64,000 nucleotides of DNA from Hormiphora californensis (lineage: Eukaryota; Animalia; Ctenophora). Positions within the stretch are counted from its first letter, which is position 1. Each line of letters begins with the position of its first letter. Shown in pieces: positions 13,881 through 27,591 of this stretch. The translations under genes and the position numbers were made by a program. The stretch is taken from assembly GCA_020137815.1 (NCBI GenBank), contig CM035358.1:6014001-6078000 (forward strand), in the 5' to 3' direction. A model generated the notes under the pieces. The model was not told where the DNA came from, did no database searches, and was given only the letters and a program-made list of their open reading frames with translations.

Positions 13881-14882
13881 ACTTTCGAACCCTAGAACTA
13901 AGAACATCCCAGTATGAGAACTTTAAATTACAGTGTAATGCCTGATTCTGAAATCTAAGCAGTAAGCATCCCAGCATGATAAATCTAAGATCATGCCTGA
14001 TTCTGACTTGTAAGCAAATCTAATTTGTGCCCTGGAAATTTTAAGGTTTCACGTGACGTCAATTCGTGCACCTTTTGACACTATAGCCATTATTATATAA
14101 TGAGTTTGTTCAATAGTAACTAACTTTGACGTCAAACCTGATCACTGTCACTGTCAGGGGCAGGCGTGTTTAGTTGGCATACGTTGCAGGCCCCTTATAA
14201 TATAATATAAGGGGCCTGGAGGGAATACCGCGCTGGGGGGGAATACATAATCAATCATATCTCCGGTTCCAGATAAGGTACAGAAATCGTTTTGGTAGCG
14301 TTGGAAAGAGGAAGATAACAGCTTTCAAATGCAACCGGTTTCAGGTCTCTATCTTATCAGGAACAGGAGATATGAACCAAACTCCGCAAAATCGAGTGCG
14401 GTAAAATAAAAAATTCGAGATTTTAATTCAAATTTGAAACAAAAGTGTCCCTGCAGGGATCTGTGACGTCACTTTTTGAAAACAACCAATCTTTGAACGG
14501 CTATTGCTCAGCCTCCTCAAGTCCAATTAACTTCTCTCAAAAACAGCAAGGTAGATAATTGTCAGATCTAACAACTGGTGAAAGAATCAAGTCAAACGGA
14601 CTTCAGGGGCCAAAGTTATAAGCACCGCCGTTTTTTCGCTCGCAAAGTTATTTTCGACTCTGGCCAGATCTGGCCAAACGCGCGCGCGCGGCATTCCCTC
14701 CAGTCCCCTCGTTGCGGGGGTGCGCGCATGAGGGGGCTGCAGCGCATTCCAACGTGTTTAGTAGATCTACTACAGTGACAGTCTCTCTACGTAGAGTCTG
14801 AACAATAAGCATTGTTTAATTTGCTGTGACAGCTAAGTGAATCTCAGAAAAGCGTTATCACGTATGACTGATGTGGTTTGAT

Positions 14883-14899
14883 AGGGTCGAGCAAGGCAA
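14883..14899 (-). promoter_or_regulatory. dispersed 17-bp motif (exact); function unknown
   Basis: AGGGTCGAGCAAGGCAA on + strand. Confidence 0.4.
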
Positions 14900-16976
14900 G
14901 ATGTGATTATAGTTTTTTGAACAATCAAGAGCGAGAGTTTTCGAATGATATCAAGTTTTAGTACAGTCTCAGACCGTCAGTCTGACTCTGACCCTAATTT
15001 ACCGGAGGTATAAAGATCCTTGAAATGTTCCCAGTCTGTCGGCTCCCAGACCGGGCCTTCGGCCCGGTGTGAGCTTACGTAAGTATCGGAGGCAATATTT
15101 ATTGCTCGAATGATGAAGGATAGAACATTAGTATTCTACTTATACATAGTTTTAATATCGTAAGTTATTAATATCGATATTTAGAGTTGAAAGAGTGAAT
15201 GACTAGACAGTGATTCAGTTGACAAGACTGATCCCGCCGCCATGAGGGGCACTTGACAGCAGTACTGATAAGACGAGATTAGGCGAGGTTTTTACTCTCT
15301 ATAGACTGCGAGACCAGATATGTGGTGACACTGACAGGGCGATAACAGGGGTGCTCCTGGATGAATGTTTCCTTATAAGCCATGTATTATAGAACTTGCT
15401 ACTCAACATGTTTCCTAATCCAACTAATAAGGCAATATATTTTGTTGCACCATCAGCTGTCAGTGTGCCTCCAGACAGTTGTCACGTATTTTATCTCTAT
15501 CATATATTTCAGTTGATTATTTGGAGCGTGAGTTTCTAGACATGGAGTTATGCTAAGTTAGAGTTTTTCTAAATACTTAACTTTCTAGACCAGACATCGG
15601 TTGACACTGACAGTTAGTGATAGTAGCCTTGGGACTGTGCAACAGACTAAAAGTTTCCTTATAAGTTGTGTATGTCCTACTGTGCAGCTAATAAGGAAAT
15701 ATTCTGCTGCACCATATCATATAGGGCAACAGAATGGCATCTGTCAATGCGGCTCCAGACAGTACCCCATGTTTTAACGTATTTTATCTCTATCAAATGA
15801 TAATGTGTCAGTTGCATTTGGAGCGTGAGTTTTGAGACATAGGGGTAAATTTTATTAAATATTTGTTAAGTTAGTGAGCTTACTTTTAGGGTAAGGCGAC
15901 AGTTGCTCCACCTCGCCCAGCAAGTAATAAATGTGTCATGATTTAGTCTCGCCAGAAACGACACTTATATCTTTTAGATTATCAACTTCTAATCGATGCC
16001 CTTTCGTTCACATAAAAAAACGGTCCCCCTTTAGATATCAAATCTCCATATCACTTATTATCACTGTGCACTGACTCCTCGCTAGGCTAGTAGGCTAAAG
16101 CCAAAGGCATTACCCCCCCCCCCCCCCTACACTCAAAACCTCACATCATCACTATTAGCATGTGTGGTACCAAAACGGCAAAACATGTTCGACAGTGTCC
16201 CACATTACAATTTTAAACCCTCCCCTATCATGGTATGAGCCCTATGTAAAATGGACACGGTACCGGACGACGTTTAGACGCCAACAAACGGCCAATTTGC
16301 CGTGTGGCCGGTTCTGTTTTCATTTCTACGGTTGCTATAGCAACGCGCGCCCACTCAACCAACGCGCGCGCCTTTCTCCATTTGTCTTGTTCGGCGCGTT
16401 ACAAACACGCACACACCGATGCGTTGGTCTCGGAGTTGTGGGAAAAAGGTCATTAAACTTTAAAATAAGCTTGGTTATCTGGTTAATAAAAGAATTTATT
16501 TTATATACAGTATTTACACTTTAAAAACAGATAATAAAAAGGCCCCCAACTATTAGCTGATCCCATGCCTGCCATAAAAAGTTAAAACAACCCCGATTAA
16601 CCAACACCACGTGACCTAAAAAGTTCATTTTTCATTTGTTTCAACTTTAAGTCCTGTCTCTTTAAGTTCTGCAAGCAGTTCCGCTCGTCTGGATGTATTT
16701 GTACCTTCTCTCGGGCGACATTGGACACTCGTCGGGTCCAAATCGTTGAGGGCGAAATTCCGCCAACAATCGGAAATAACTTTTTCCTGAAAAAAGGGGT
16801 AGCAATGATTGTCCTGTCAGAGCATTGCCCTGACAATGATTGTCTGAATTCACACGAGGAATAGTACACAGTTCACTGACAACATAAAATCACTGACACA
16901 CTGATAATGGCACACTACAAAGACAATCATGACACGTAACAATATGGGATTGGGAAGGATGCCTGGAATCGATATA

Positions 16977-17100
16977 CAGTCGGACCCCGAGTTATTGGGT
17001 TTTGACCGGTAAATTGGGGTGCCCGATTTATTGGGGCCAAATACCGTTAATTTCCTATTTCGGGGGAAGATTATCCTCCCGGTAAATCGGGGTCCAGCTG
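16977..17100. mobile_element. Tc1/mariner-type MITE, same family as 595-766
   Basis: TA-CAGTCGGACCCCGA ... TAAATCGGGGTCCAGCTG. Confidence 0.7.
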
Positions 17101-17537
17101 CATGTCTTGTTAGACTACTGTCAGGCAGCGCCAGACCCCGTGTTGATTCGAAGATCGGGTCGGCGACGCCAGACAGGTAGACTATCACTACACGAATGTG
17201 TCATCAATGTTATTACGAGCTGCAGCCGTCGCGGAAAGTTCAGTTTTTGTGAACTGTGAAGCAAAGATTTACAGATTTTACCATTGTTGTGTATGGAACA
17301 GTTTGACAGGCAACATGCTGTCCGCCCCCCCCCCCCCCCCCACCATTGTTATAGTAACAACTTCCCCAGACACAGCAACTACTACGAAGGACTGCGGAGG
17401 AAGATTATTTTCAACAGAAATATTCCAACTCTCATACTTGTTCACTTGTAATAACAGGGCTGGCTTCAACCCGATATTTTTGGCTCGGTGCTGCAGCCCT
17501 GGGTGACGAATTGGGAAGCCCGCCACCGTTTTCATTA

Positions 17538-18868
17538 GGGGGTATGTATAAACCCGGATAACCCGGATAACCCGGATAGTCCGGATAATTGATGTTTTAG
17601 AGATATCCGGATAACCAAGCTCGGATATGGGACTCCGGATAACTCGGATACTGAAATCCGGATAACTTGGATAACTCGGATAAGGGTCCGGATAACTCGG
17701 ATAAATGTCCGGATAACTCGGATAAGGGTCCGGATAACTCGGATAAGGGTCCGGATAACTCGGATAGCTATATTTAGGTCATTTTTGGGTTATCCACATC
17801 AGTTTTTGTTATGTTCTAATTGCAGAGTGCACGGAAAGAGGGTCGAGCAAGGCAAATCAATTCCAAGCTATTTCTATGTTTATCATTTAGGTCAGCTGTA
17901 TACCATTTCTGAGTGTTTTTTGTTGGTTTGTCCAATTTGTGCGTTTTTGGTACATTCATGTCAATTCAATATCTACTTTAATGTTTCAATAGGCTCTTTC
18001 TGGCACTTCAATTTCATTTGCTGTGGGGGGAGGGGGGCCTTTTAGCCTTTTGAGACCTTGAAGTATCTTGAATTGACCTGAATGTTTCAGAAACGCACAA
18101 AAATTGGACAAACCAACATAGAAATAACCCAGAAATGGTCTATAGCTGACCTAAATGATAAAGAAATAGCTTAGAATGGATTTGCCTTGCTCGACCCTCT
18201 TTCCGTGCACTCTGCAGTTAGAACATAACAAGAATTGATTTGGATAACCCAAAAATGACCTAAATATAGCCAGGTTTGAGTTATTCGAGCTCAAATTCGA
18301 GTTATCCGGACATTTATCCGAGTTATCCGGACATTTATCCGAGTTATCCAGACATTTATCCGAGTTATCCGGACATTTATCCGAGTTATCCGGACCCTTA
18401 TCCGAGTTATCCGGACATTTATCCGAGTTATCCGGACCCTTATCCGAGTTATCCGGACATTTATCCGAGTTATCCGGACCCTTATCCGAGTTATCCGGAC
18501 ATTTATCCGAGTTATCCGGACCCTTATCCGAGTTATCCGGACCCTTATCCGAGTTATCCAGACATTTATCCGAGTTATCCGGACCCTTATCCGAGTTATC
18601 CGGACATTTATCCGAGTTATCCGGACCCTTATCCGAGTTATCCGGACATTTATCCGAGTTATCCGGACATTTATCCGAGTTATCCGGACCCTTATCCGAG
18701 TTATCCGGACATTTATCCGAGTTATCCGGACTCTTATCCGAGTTATCCGGACCCTTATCCGAGTTATCCGGAGTCCCATATCCGAGCTTGGTTATCCGGA
18801 TATCTCGAAAACATCAATTATCCGGACTATCCGGGTTATCCGGGTTATCCGGGTTTATACATACCCCC
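17538..18868. mobile_element. foldback element with internal 21-bp tandem arrays, TA flanks
   Basis: GGGGGTATGTATAAACCCGGATAACCCGG... mirrored at the right end; arms continue inward to about 18030; unit TTATCCGAGTTATCCGGAC(AT/CC), about 6 copies left and about 22 right; each arm carries the 17-bp motif (17839-17855, 18182-18198). Confidence 0.9.
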
Positions 18869-19665
18869 TATTGTGTTTGTTTAGGATTTGTGTAGGATTA
18901 ACTCCGCCTAAACCTCTCTGGTGGCGCCGGCCCCCGTTTCAACCAGTCTGTTTGTTAGTGATGCTCCAGGGAGTCAACTCCAGGCCTAACCAAGTAAAAC
19001 TTGGGATTTCCCTACATGATGGGGCTAGGTTGCACAACAGCATATTATGGAGATTGGACAACTAAGTAGAATCTCCATTAGCAGTTTTGGGCCCTATTCG
19101 ACCCAGTTTTGGGCTGCCCTATTTGACCCTCTCTTTTATCATATCCAGTTTTGGAAACACATTTAGTGTTCGTCTGCCCATCACTCTATACGATAAACCC
19201 ATTCTAAACCCTGGCCCTATCTTCCAGCCCCTAGTGTTTTTCCTTCCATTACATTTACAAGATAAGACTGTCAGGCCAATGCTCTGACCACAGTTCTCGT
19301 GCGCTCCGAATGAAATGAGAATTATAGGGTCAGGCCAATGCTCTGACAGAGATAAGAACCTCTATCTGGGTTCATCTATTGGTATTCCAAAGTCTCATGT
19401 AGATGTGTGACGTTGCATGGGAACTTCTTCACGATGCCTTGCAGCTACTGCTGCTGGTCGCATAATGCAACTTTCTGTCTCTCATCTCAGTCAAAAAACA
19501 ATTTCTGAAAGAGGGATGCAGAGAGAGAGAGAGACAGAGACAGAGAGAGATATATATAGAGAAAGAAAGAGAGAGAGACACAGTCAGCGTATTCTCGTGC
19601 AAGTGTTTCTAGAGTGATGGGACGCTGATCTGTGAAGTAACAAGCAAGAGAGAAAGTCAAATGGT

Positions 19666-19740
<75 letters not shown>

Positions 19741-20147
19741 AGCGTTTGACAAGCTTTGCACTACGTTCTGCAGTAGCGCCAGTATACAAAATGTATCCAT
19801 GGTAACTTGGACAGACTTCTGTATTTTCGATTAGTGAATTAATTGACACGTGGGAAACTCGGATTTGTTTAATTTTCTGAAAATATCAAATATACTAAGT
19901 AACCTAACAAATACACATATACATAATATTATTGAAGGAGGGGGCCCACTGGGTGCCAAACCCCTTTCACATTTCCACACACACTCTCTCACGCATATAC
20001 AATCAGTATGCGCTCTCTCTGGGGTAACGGAGCATTTCAACTTTTAATATTGGTGAAAATCTGTCAGGCTTCTCTCAATTCCCCGTTCTCTATTCTGAAC
20101 TCCACGCAATGTACCGGAAACACAACACATCATATCCCAACTCCAAG

Positions 20148-21895
20148 TTAATCTTCTGAACTGGCTGCAAAACAAGCCTGAGATCGAGCCAATTTTCTGG
20201 CGAGGGCGTCATGGGGGAGAGTTCCCGCTCGGGGCCTCAGCTGTGGGTTGTTTGAGTCCTTATCCTGGAGAGCATGAGACCTCCACGCTTCGGAGATGAG
20301 TCGAATCTGGAGGGAGAGAAGGGGCGCTCGCCCGTCAGATGGGTTGGTAACATGTGATGATCGTGATTCGTGCAGTGATGAGTGATGTTAGTGAAGTGGT
20401 ATCCGACTGGTGTGATCTTCTTTCGTCATTGCGATAAGGTCGACACTATGAGTGCTCGTTCATTAGGGTGGTGTGCTCGTTGTTTTGTGAACTCCATTAT
20501 TGGTGACAAAAACAGAGACAAATCGACAATGTTTAATGGACTAACGGACAGACAACAAACTCGCACTACAGGGAGCCAGAGAAACTAAACTTACAGGGAT
20601 GAATGGTTTGAGTTCGTTCTCCTTCTCCACAAGACTGAGGTACTCGGGATCAAGGAGTGAGAATCGGACATGTCCTATGACCTTCCTGGCCACATCCTTC
20701 ATTGAGGCACCAGTGATAACCTGAGGGGGGTTAACAGTTAGGATCGGACAAATATCAGTGTAATTCTTCGTGAAGTGATTACTCCATTTGGACTGATTAC
20801 TCCATTTGGATCAGTTTTGTTCATTATTCCGAGAACGAATTACTCTAATTACTGAGAATAAGGATCGGTTGATTGTCTAATTACTAATTGATTAATTGCA
20901 CTACTTAACTAATCAACTAATTGAACTAATCAACTAATTACTAATTACACATACCGAGTTGACTGTGCACCATTCCTTAACAGCATTTAGAACCTCACTC
21001 TCATCAGCCTTAAGTTTATCGCTCTGTAGAATGTACGACAGGGACTCCTCGGACATCTCCACAAAGGTCCGACTCTTGAAGACTCCGATTGTGTTCCTCT
21101 CCACAAAACCGAGGCAAGTCTTCTTGAGGTCTGAGTTGTTGTAGGAAAGGGCGGCCTGGAGAGCTTCGCAGACAGTGTCGACTGTAAGGGTAGACTTGAA
21201 GAAGTCAATGCACAGTTTCTTGAGATCCTCGATTCCATATTCTACTGCTGCGGTTAGGACATCTGTTACGTTGCAGGCATCAAGATAACATCTGGGTAAA
21301 TAGAGAGGGGTTACGCAAGGTTACACAAGGGGTTACAAGGGGTTACCAAAGGAATATATATTGCAACTGTGGGTATATTGTTTGTCACAACTAGTGATAA
21401 TATCACTGATATTGGACAGGTAGATTAACTGGATGCAATCAGGTATTACCTGTTAGTGTAGATGAATTCAATAACAGCCAGGAAAATATGGGGCTGGGTA
21501 TCGGAGAGAACAAATACATGAGCACCATTCTCCATCTTGGGCTTAGCATCAGACGCCTGGGCAAACATGGCCTTGAACACCTCACACCGGGGCGAGAGGA
21601 TGGACTTGTGACCGAACACCTGCTTTCTCTCTTCTCCCACAACAAACTGAACATCACTGATAAGGGTAAATCATCAATTAGTTAATTATTTAATAGATTT
21701 GAGTTTAAGAGGCTCAGTTTATTAAACATGGGTCAGTGCCAGGGCAACTGTCAGGACAACTACCAACTACTATAATTATAGTACATAGTAGTATAATGCT
21801 ACAGCTACCCACCTGAGAAGAGGATTGTTCACCATCTTTTTCATATCAGCAGCGAATGCTTTGTTACTTCCATAGCAGGCTTTTCGGTTGGCCAT
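20148..21895 (-). CDS. BTBD19: BTB/POZ-BACK domain protein 19-like (~303 aa; exons 21895-21813, 21656-21450, 21291-20955, 20720-20595, 20306-20148)
   Basis: MVNNPLLSDVQFVVGEERKQVFGHKSILSPRCEVF, FLAVIEFIYTN, VLTAAVEYGIEDLKKLC, ILQSDKLKADE, ISEAWRSHAL..RAGTLP match recalled BTBD19; all introns GT-AG and in phase. Confidence 0.88.
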
Positions 21896-21897
21896 TT

Positions 21898-22203
21898 TAT
21901 CCTAAATATAGTACCCACACGGGACTACGGAAAGTAGGGGAGGTTAGTGATATTCAGATCCTAAATATAGTACCCACACACGGGACTACGGAAAGTGGGG
22001 GAGGTTAGTGATATTCAGATCCTAAATATAGTACCCACACAAGGGACCCACACACGGGACTACGGAAAGTGGGTAAGGTTAGTGATTTAGATCCTAAATA
22101 TAGTACCCACACAAGGGACCCACACACGGGACTACGGAAAGTGGGGGAGGTTAGTGATTCAGATCCTAAATATAGTACCCACACGGGACTATAATGGAAA
22201 GTG
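21898..22203. repeat. ~60-70-bp tandem repeat (5 copies) duplicating the BTBD19 first-exon acceptor
   Basis: unit ATCCTAAATATAGTACCCACAC..GGGACTACGGAAAGT..GGTTAGTGAT; the minus strand of each copy contains TATATTTAG|GAT. Confidence 0.85.
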
Positions 22204-22763
22204 GTGAAGGTTCGTAAAAGAGCAGCATGTATAGTAGGAGCAAATGAAATGAGACGATTTGCACACTGGTTCTTAGCATGCAGGTTAAAACGGTGCGGGG
22301 CCTCGTTAGATAGAAGAGGGGACTCGTTAGATAGAAGAGGGGAGTGGGATGTTAAAAATGAGATGAAGAATTTATAGAGACAATGATATATCTAGAGTGG
22401 AGCAACTATTCTAACCAATAGACAGATCAGCTGTCGCAGATTGAACAACGGGGGAGGGAGGATTGAAAACTGGAAATGACAGAGATTGTTAAAAAGTTGT
22501 TATGACACATCAAACAAACAAATTGCAGTCCCTTCTCTCACTTGTATCTCTCTCATTGGCTCTCATTGCATGATTGTTCCCTGTCACATGTCTACCACGT
22601 GATATGTATGTCACGTGATCAGTGTCACTTGTACAAGCAGGGCTTGCAGCTCAAAAAACACAGCACCATTCAAACATCTGGAAACAGATACACAGAACGG
22701 AGGGAGAGGGAGATAGATAGCGTTGAGATGGAGAGAGAGAGGGAGAGGCAGATATAGTTGAGG

Positions 22764-22809
<46 letters not shown>

Positions 22810-23017
22810 GGGAGAGAGAAGGAGTCGAGAGAGAGAGAGAGAGAGAAGAAAAGAAAGAAAGAGAGGGAGAGTTTGTCACAAGACAAGCACGTGTTTCGAC
22901 TGTAGTCACGTGACCAAAAGATGTTAAGTAAAGTTGCTGGCTGTTTTTTCTCAGCTGCATGATCGCAGGTGCACGTATTGTCATGGTCACCGGCAGAGAG
23001 AGATAGAGAGAGATAGA

Positions 23018-23123
<106 letters not shown>

Positions 23124-23636
23124 CTGGTGAGACTGAGACCAAAGAGAGATCTGAGAAAAGAAGCTTGTCGGTGTGTAAGTGTGCACACTGCAGGCAAGAT
23201 TTCCCTATATCTAGAGGCTTTGCCATAAGAATCTAGTAAGCATAGTTTAGACAGAGTCGCCGAGAAAAAGAGATAGATACAGAGATCTGTTCAATGTGTA
23301 AGTGTAAAATTGCATGAAATTAAAAACTGCTGCTGCAGCTAGCTCTGCTTGACGGTGACCGATAGAAGCCACAGGTTGTACAATTATTGTTCTTCAAAGA
23401 CCGCTCATGGGAAATTGCAGACCATTTTAATTTTAACCGTTCTTCCCATGACAAATATATTCTCTCATACTTCTTCTCCCTCTCTCACTGTCCCTCTCTC
23501 GACTGGCCACCCTCCTCCATTTCTCTCTCATTCACTCTTCCTCTCTCTTTCTCTCCCTCTCTCTCTCACTCCATCATCCTTGGCCTGACTGACAGTTCTG
23601 ATTTCAATTAAACTAAAACACGATTCAAGTTAAAGG

Positions 23637-25123
23637 TTATCGTGTATGTTGGGCGATTGCCGTGTATCCATTTGCTTCTCCCAATGGAATCGTCGGTCTG
23701 AAATAATATATATTGGGTATTAACTATAACACCAATGCACGATATATAATCAAATGGAACATCATGGAATATTCCCCCCTCCCACTGTAAAGAAATAAAC
23801 CAAAGACAAGTTGTTCAGAACTCACTGGTATGTTCCAAATATGTCGTTGTCAAGTTTGTCCTTCAGCGCAGCCAGCTGCCCCGCCGAAGGGTCCCGACCT
23901 GATTGTTTCACTTTGACTTCCGCAAATTTAACGTTCTCAGGGATCTTGTTCGCTGATACCGGTCTACTTCTTCTTCCTGTGGAGATATGAGTATTATAGT
24001 AATGGCACCACTAGTTTGAAAGGTTCAAGTGATTTCAAACGATGGCAATAAACCTGTAAGCTGTATAAATAGTGACAAAACACGAACCTGACTTGATGCC
24101 GGAAGTAGTAGGAGGGCTCTCTTCTGGCCTTTTTGGTGCTCTGATCTCTCCCAACGTGGGCTTGATTCCAAATCTATCAGGGTCCTGAAACACTTTTCGC
24201 TACAAAAATTGTTAGTTTAATATCCCATTTTAATATTACCGTTACAAGAAACTAAAAAGCAAACTGTTTGGATCTATGAACTGCATACCTGCAGCCGCTG
24301 TAAATGTCGGTGTTCCCGGTGAAGTGAGATAATATTCTGTGTTTTGTTCATCAGATGGTTCGTATCAGGTCCAGTTTCCAGCTCCGTGTTTGCCAGGTTG
24401 TTCTTGATCGCTGTCGAGGTCGTCGCCCGGGCGTGGAGAGGAAGTTTAGACTGCAGAGGGGGTGGATAGTTTAGTAAGGGCACGGGGAACCCTCTTTATT
24501 GCGAGGAGATGAAGGGATTTAGGGGTAATATTTAAGGAACACCACGTAGAAGTGAGCAAAGTTGATAAAATGATACGGCAAGTATACTTCGAAGTATCTA
24601 GATACTTCAGGGGTCGGAGTTCTTCCATCCTGCCAATGATACCTGGTAAGAGAGATCATTGAATGAGTGACTGCGAGGAGTCAATCTGTACGTTGGTCGG
24701 TTTGTCAGAGTGGTATACAACTGTTCTACAAGGACCTCAGCGGCCGCGTTCTTGCAGTGAATCGTACCATCAATCACATCTTTATCAATACTGTAGTTCT
24801 GAAAAGGGAGTTTACAGTGAAACGTTCAAGAATTCATTATATCAAGATATGGAATTTCGGGACATAGTTGTCCTATAATGGGCCTCAAAGGGTTAACTTA
24901 CTTTATTTTTAAAGAATGTTTCCAGTAAACTCCAATTTAAAATCTTGCTCTGAATGGATGTCCCATTATTGTAGGAATGAATCTTGATTTCCTTGGGATG
25001 ATACCATGATAAAATCTCGGCAACGAGATAGCCATTTGAGAAGTCCCACTTGGGGTTTTTAACACTAATAGAAAGATCGAGGCTTTGAAGCCATTTTAGG
25101 ACCTCTCTAGGTAGTGCGTTCAT
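23637..25123 (-). CDS. SPATA4: spermatogenesis-associated protein 4-like, CH-like domain (~284 aa; exons 25123-24902, 24798-24692, 24642-24588, 24450-24289, 24184-24088, 23976-23826, 23697-23637)
   Basis: [30 protein letters not shown]; [19 protein letters not shown]; [17 protein letters not shown]; [13 protein letters not shown]; phases consistent; last exon less certain. Confidence 0.85.
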
Positions 25124-25545
25124 ACGGCTAAAAAAGAGGGAGTGGTGAGTTAATAAAAAGTTTCAACAGGGATGTATCATTGGGTCATAGGGTCGAGTTA
25201 AACGCAAATTATCTGTGTAAACTTGAAGAAAGAAGTACAAAAATGTGGACAGAATTGATTTAGACATATATTTCTCACGTGATATCTTATCCCAAATGAA
25301 ACAATAAGACTAAAATCTTTATCTCAAACTTTCACACACATTAGACAGATGGTTTTAATTGATTTTAGCGGGGGATGCAGATGGGGATGCAAAAAGTTCC
25401 TGGTCACATCAAATAAATAACGCTCTGATCGGTTCTTGTTCTCCGACCAAAGCAAAGACCTTTTCATCATTTAGTAGAGCACGCGTCCTGTTTAGCCAGC
25501 TATATAGCATTACATCACAGCAATTTAAGAAGAGAAAGAGAGAGT

Positions 25546-27591
25546 CTATTTGGCCGTTGGTTCCCGAACCAACTCCAACAACTTTTCCATTTTCGCAATT
25601 TCGCTCTCCTTGGAGTAATTCTTCTCCTTCAGGCACTTCCTCAAGTTGGGACTTAGCTTCAAGGTCATAGCGTTACCTCGGTCGTCTCCAACTGCAATCA
25701 TGGGATAATGCTGATTGAAAGCCAGATGGGTCACCTTTGTCTTCTTCTTCTGGACGACGGACTGCTGGCAAATTGGCTCATATTTCTCTTGAGCCAGATC
25801 GAAAATGAAAACATTTCCATCGTCAGTGACTGCTCCAAAGACGGTGGCAGAGTAGGGAGACCAAACGACATCACCAACAGAACAGCCCAGATCGAATGTG
25901 AACATTGGCTCGCTGTAATTGTGATCCCAAACCTTGACGGTCCAGTCCGCACTGCAACTAGCAAACACCCGGGGGTGGAAGTTGTTCCACCTGACAGCGT
26001 ACACCGCCATGTGATGTGCATGATATGTGTCTAGGAATTGGGAGCTGTAGTGCTTACTGCATTTGTGGATCTTACCCTCCTCTGTTCCAACCAAGAACAA
26101 GTAATCTGTGGACTTGTGGAAATCAAAACAAGTTCCACACGCCAGGTCCATGCCCATTCCTTGCATATTCGCCTCCGCATCCAGATCCGCCTCTCCGTTC
26201 ATTCTGATCAGGATAATATCGGTGTAATGAAGTTCGTTCTTTATCAGGCACCAGCTGGTAACTCTGCCATCACTGGAGATTGAGAAGAAGTTGAGTTGGT
26301 TGTCCAGGTCATTCTCCTGCCAGCACACCTGCCACACGGGATCTGTGTGTTTTCCACCCTTCGCTGAGGACAGGTAGGAGGGTTCGTTCGTCTTTTCTCG
26401 GAGATTATAAACTGCGACAGACCCATCATAGAAGCCCACGGCGATCAGATAGGGGTGCTCAGGATGGAAGTCAAGACACATAACACCACTCTCTGTGGTA
26501 TAGGTGACCTCTGGGAATGAGGGGTTCTTGAGAGAGTAAACAGTGATCAGACCAGTAGACTGTTTCAAGAAATCGTAACTACCGTGGCCCACCGCGAACA
26601 TGTCGTCATACTTGGGATTGAAGTGTACCGCTGTAACTGTGAACTTCTTTGCTTTGTCCGATTTGAAGGGCCACAGGGGGAGGAGAGTACCCTCATTACC
26701 CTTGTACTCATCAGAAATATCTTCCCAGTATTTAAAGTCCTGGGCGATCTCGTCATGGGTATTCTGGTTTACCATCCTTTCCACGATTTGAGCAGGTTTA
26801 GCAATCCTGGACACCTCATCGGTAGGAGCGGCGTCAATAACAACCTGTTTTGCTTTTTTGTCCTTATCGTCATCCTTCTTCTTCTTTTCCTTCAGCTTCT
26901 CCTGTTTCTCCAAATCCTCTACATACGCATCGTAAATCTCCCACTGGTTGGCGGTGGAGGAGAAGTTGGTTCTTGGAGGAGGTTCCGTGACTGTTCCCCT
27001 CTCTCGGTAGGGATTGTTGAATGTCTGTGATGCCCTCTCGCTGTAATTGAACTGGTTCCTGAGCGCTGACTCCGCTGGTTTAGCTGCTGGTACCTGTTTA
27101 GGAGCCTCCTTGTCCTCCTCCCCATCCGCATCCACCTCAAGATCTTCCTCCCCTGGTACCTCGACCTCTTCAACGTTCTGCTCGGTAGGGTTCTCTCCCA
27201 GTCCCATTCTGGCAAGCTGCCTCCTCCCTTCATCTGAATCCTTGTGCAGCATATTACCATCCATTGAGAAGTGAACAGCAAGCTGGTCAACACCCATCTT
27301 CATCTTATAAGCATCCTCCTTGAAGCTGTACCGGACAATGTTGTTAGGAGCGTGAGGGTTGTTGGCAGTTAGAATCCTGGTAAATTCCTCCTTGAGCTCC
27401 TCCGCAGTTAACACCAACTGATCATCAGGTTTCATCATGATCTTCTGCTGCATCCATTCATCGTCATCTTCACCCATTCTGGAATCTTCGTCGTCTTTAC
27501 CTCGTCGGGAGACCTTGCTTTGGCTTTGGATTTTAGTACTGGAAGATGTGAGACCGGCTTTTGCTGCTGCCACTGGGCGTTTGGGTGGCAT
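25546..27591 (-). CDS. DNAI1: axonemal outer-arm dynein intermediate chain 1 (WD40), single coding exon, 681 aa
   Basis: [86 protein letters not shown]; ATG at 27591. Confidence 0.95.
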   Translation of the reverse strand: MPPKRPVAAAKAGLTSSSTKIQSQSKVSRRGKDDEDSRMGEDDDEWMQQKIMMKPDDQLVLTAEELKEEFTRILTANNPHAPNNIVRYSFKEDAYKMKMGVDQLAVHFSMDGNMLHKDSDEGRRQLARMGLGENPTEQNVEEVEVPGEEDLEVDADGEEDKEAPKQVPAAKPAESALRNQFNYSERASQTFNNPYRERGTVTEPPPRTNFSSTANQWEIYDAYVEDLEKQEKLKEKKKKDDDKDKKAKQVVIDAAPTDEVSRIAKPAQIVERMVNQNTHDEIAQDFKYWEDISDEYKGNEGTLLPLWPFKSDKAKKFTVTAVHFNPKYDDMFAVGHGSYDFLKQSTGLITVYSLKNPSFPEVTYTTESGVMCLDFHPEHPYLIAVGFYDGSVAVYNLREKTNEPSYLSSAKGGKHTDPVWQVCWQENDLDNQLNFFSISSDGRVTSWCLIKNELHYTDIILIRMNGEADLDAEANMQGMGMDLACGTCFDFHKSTDYLFLVGTEEGKIHKCSKHYSSQFLDTYHAHHMAVYAVRWNNFHPRVFASCSADWTVKVWDHNYSEPMFTFDLGCSVGDVVWSPYSATVFGAVTDDGNVFIFDLAQEKYEPICQQSVVQKKKTKVTHLAFNQHYPMIAVGDDRGNAMTLKLSPNLRKCLKEKNYSKESEIAKMEKLLELVREPTAK

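Noticed and set aside
18276-18884. 202-aa ORF of YPSYPD(I/P) heptads resembling an RNA polymerase II CTD, and the antisense RITRI ORF
   Set aside because: Translation of the 21-bp array inside one arm of a foldback element; non-ATG start and no unique domain
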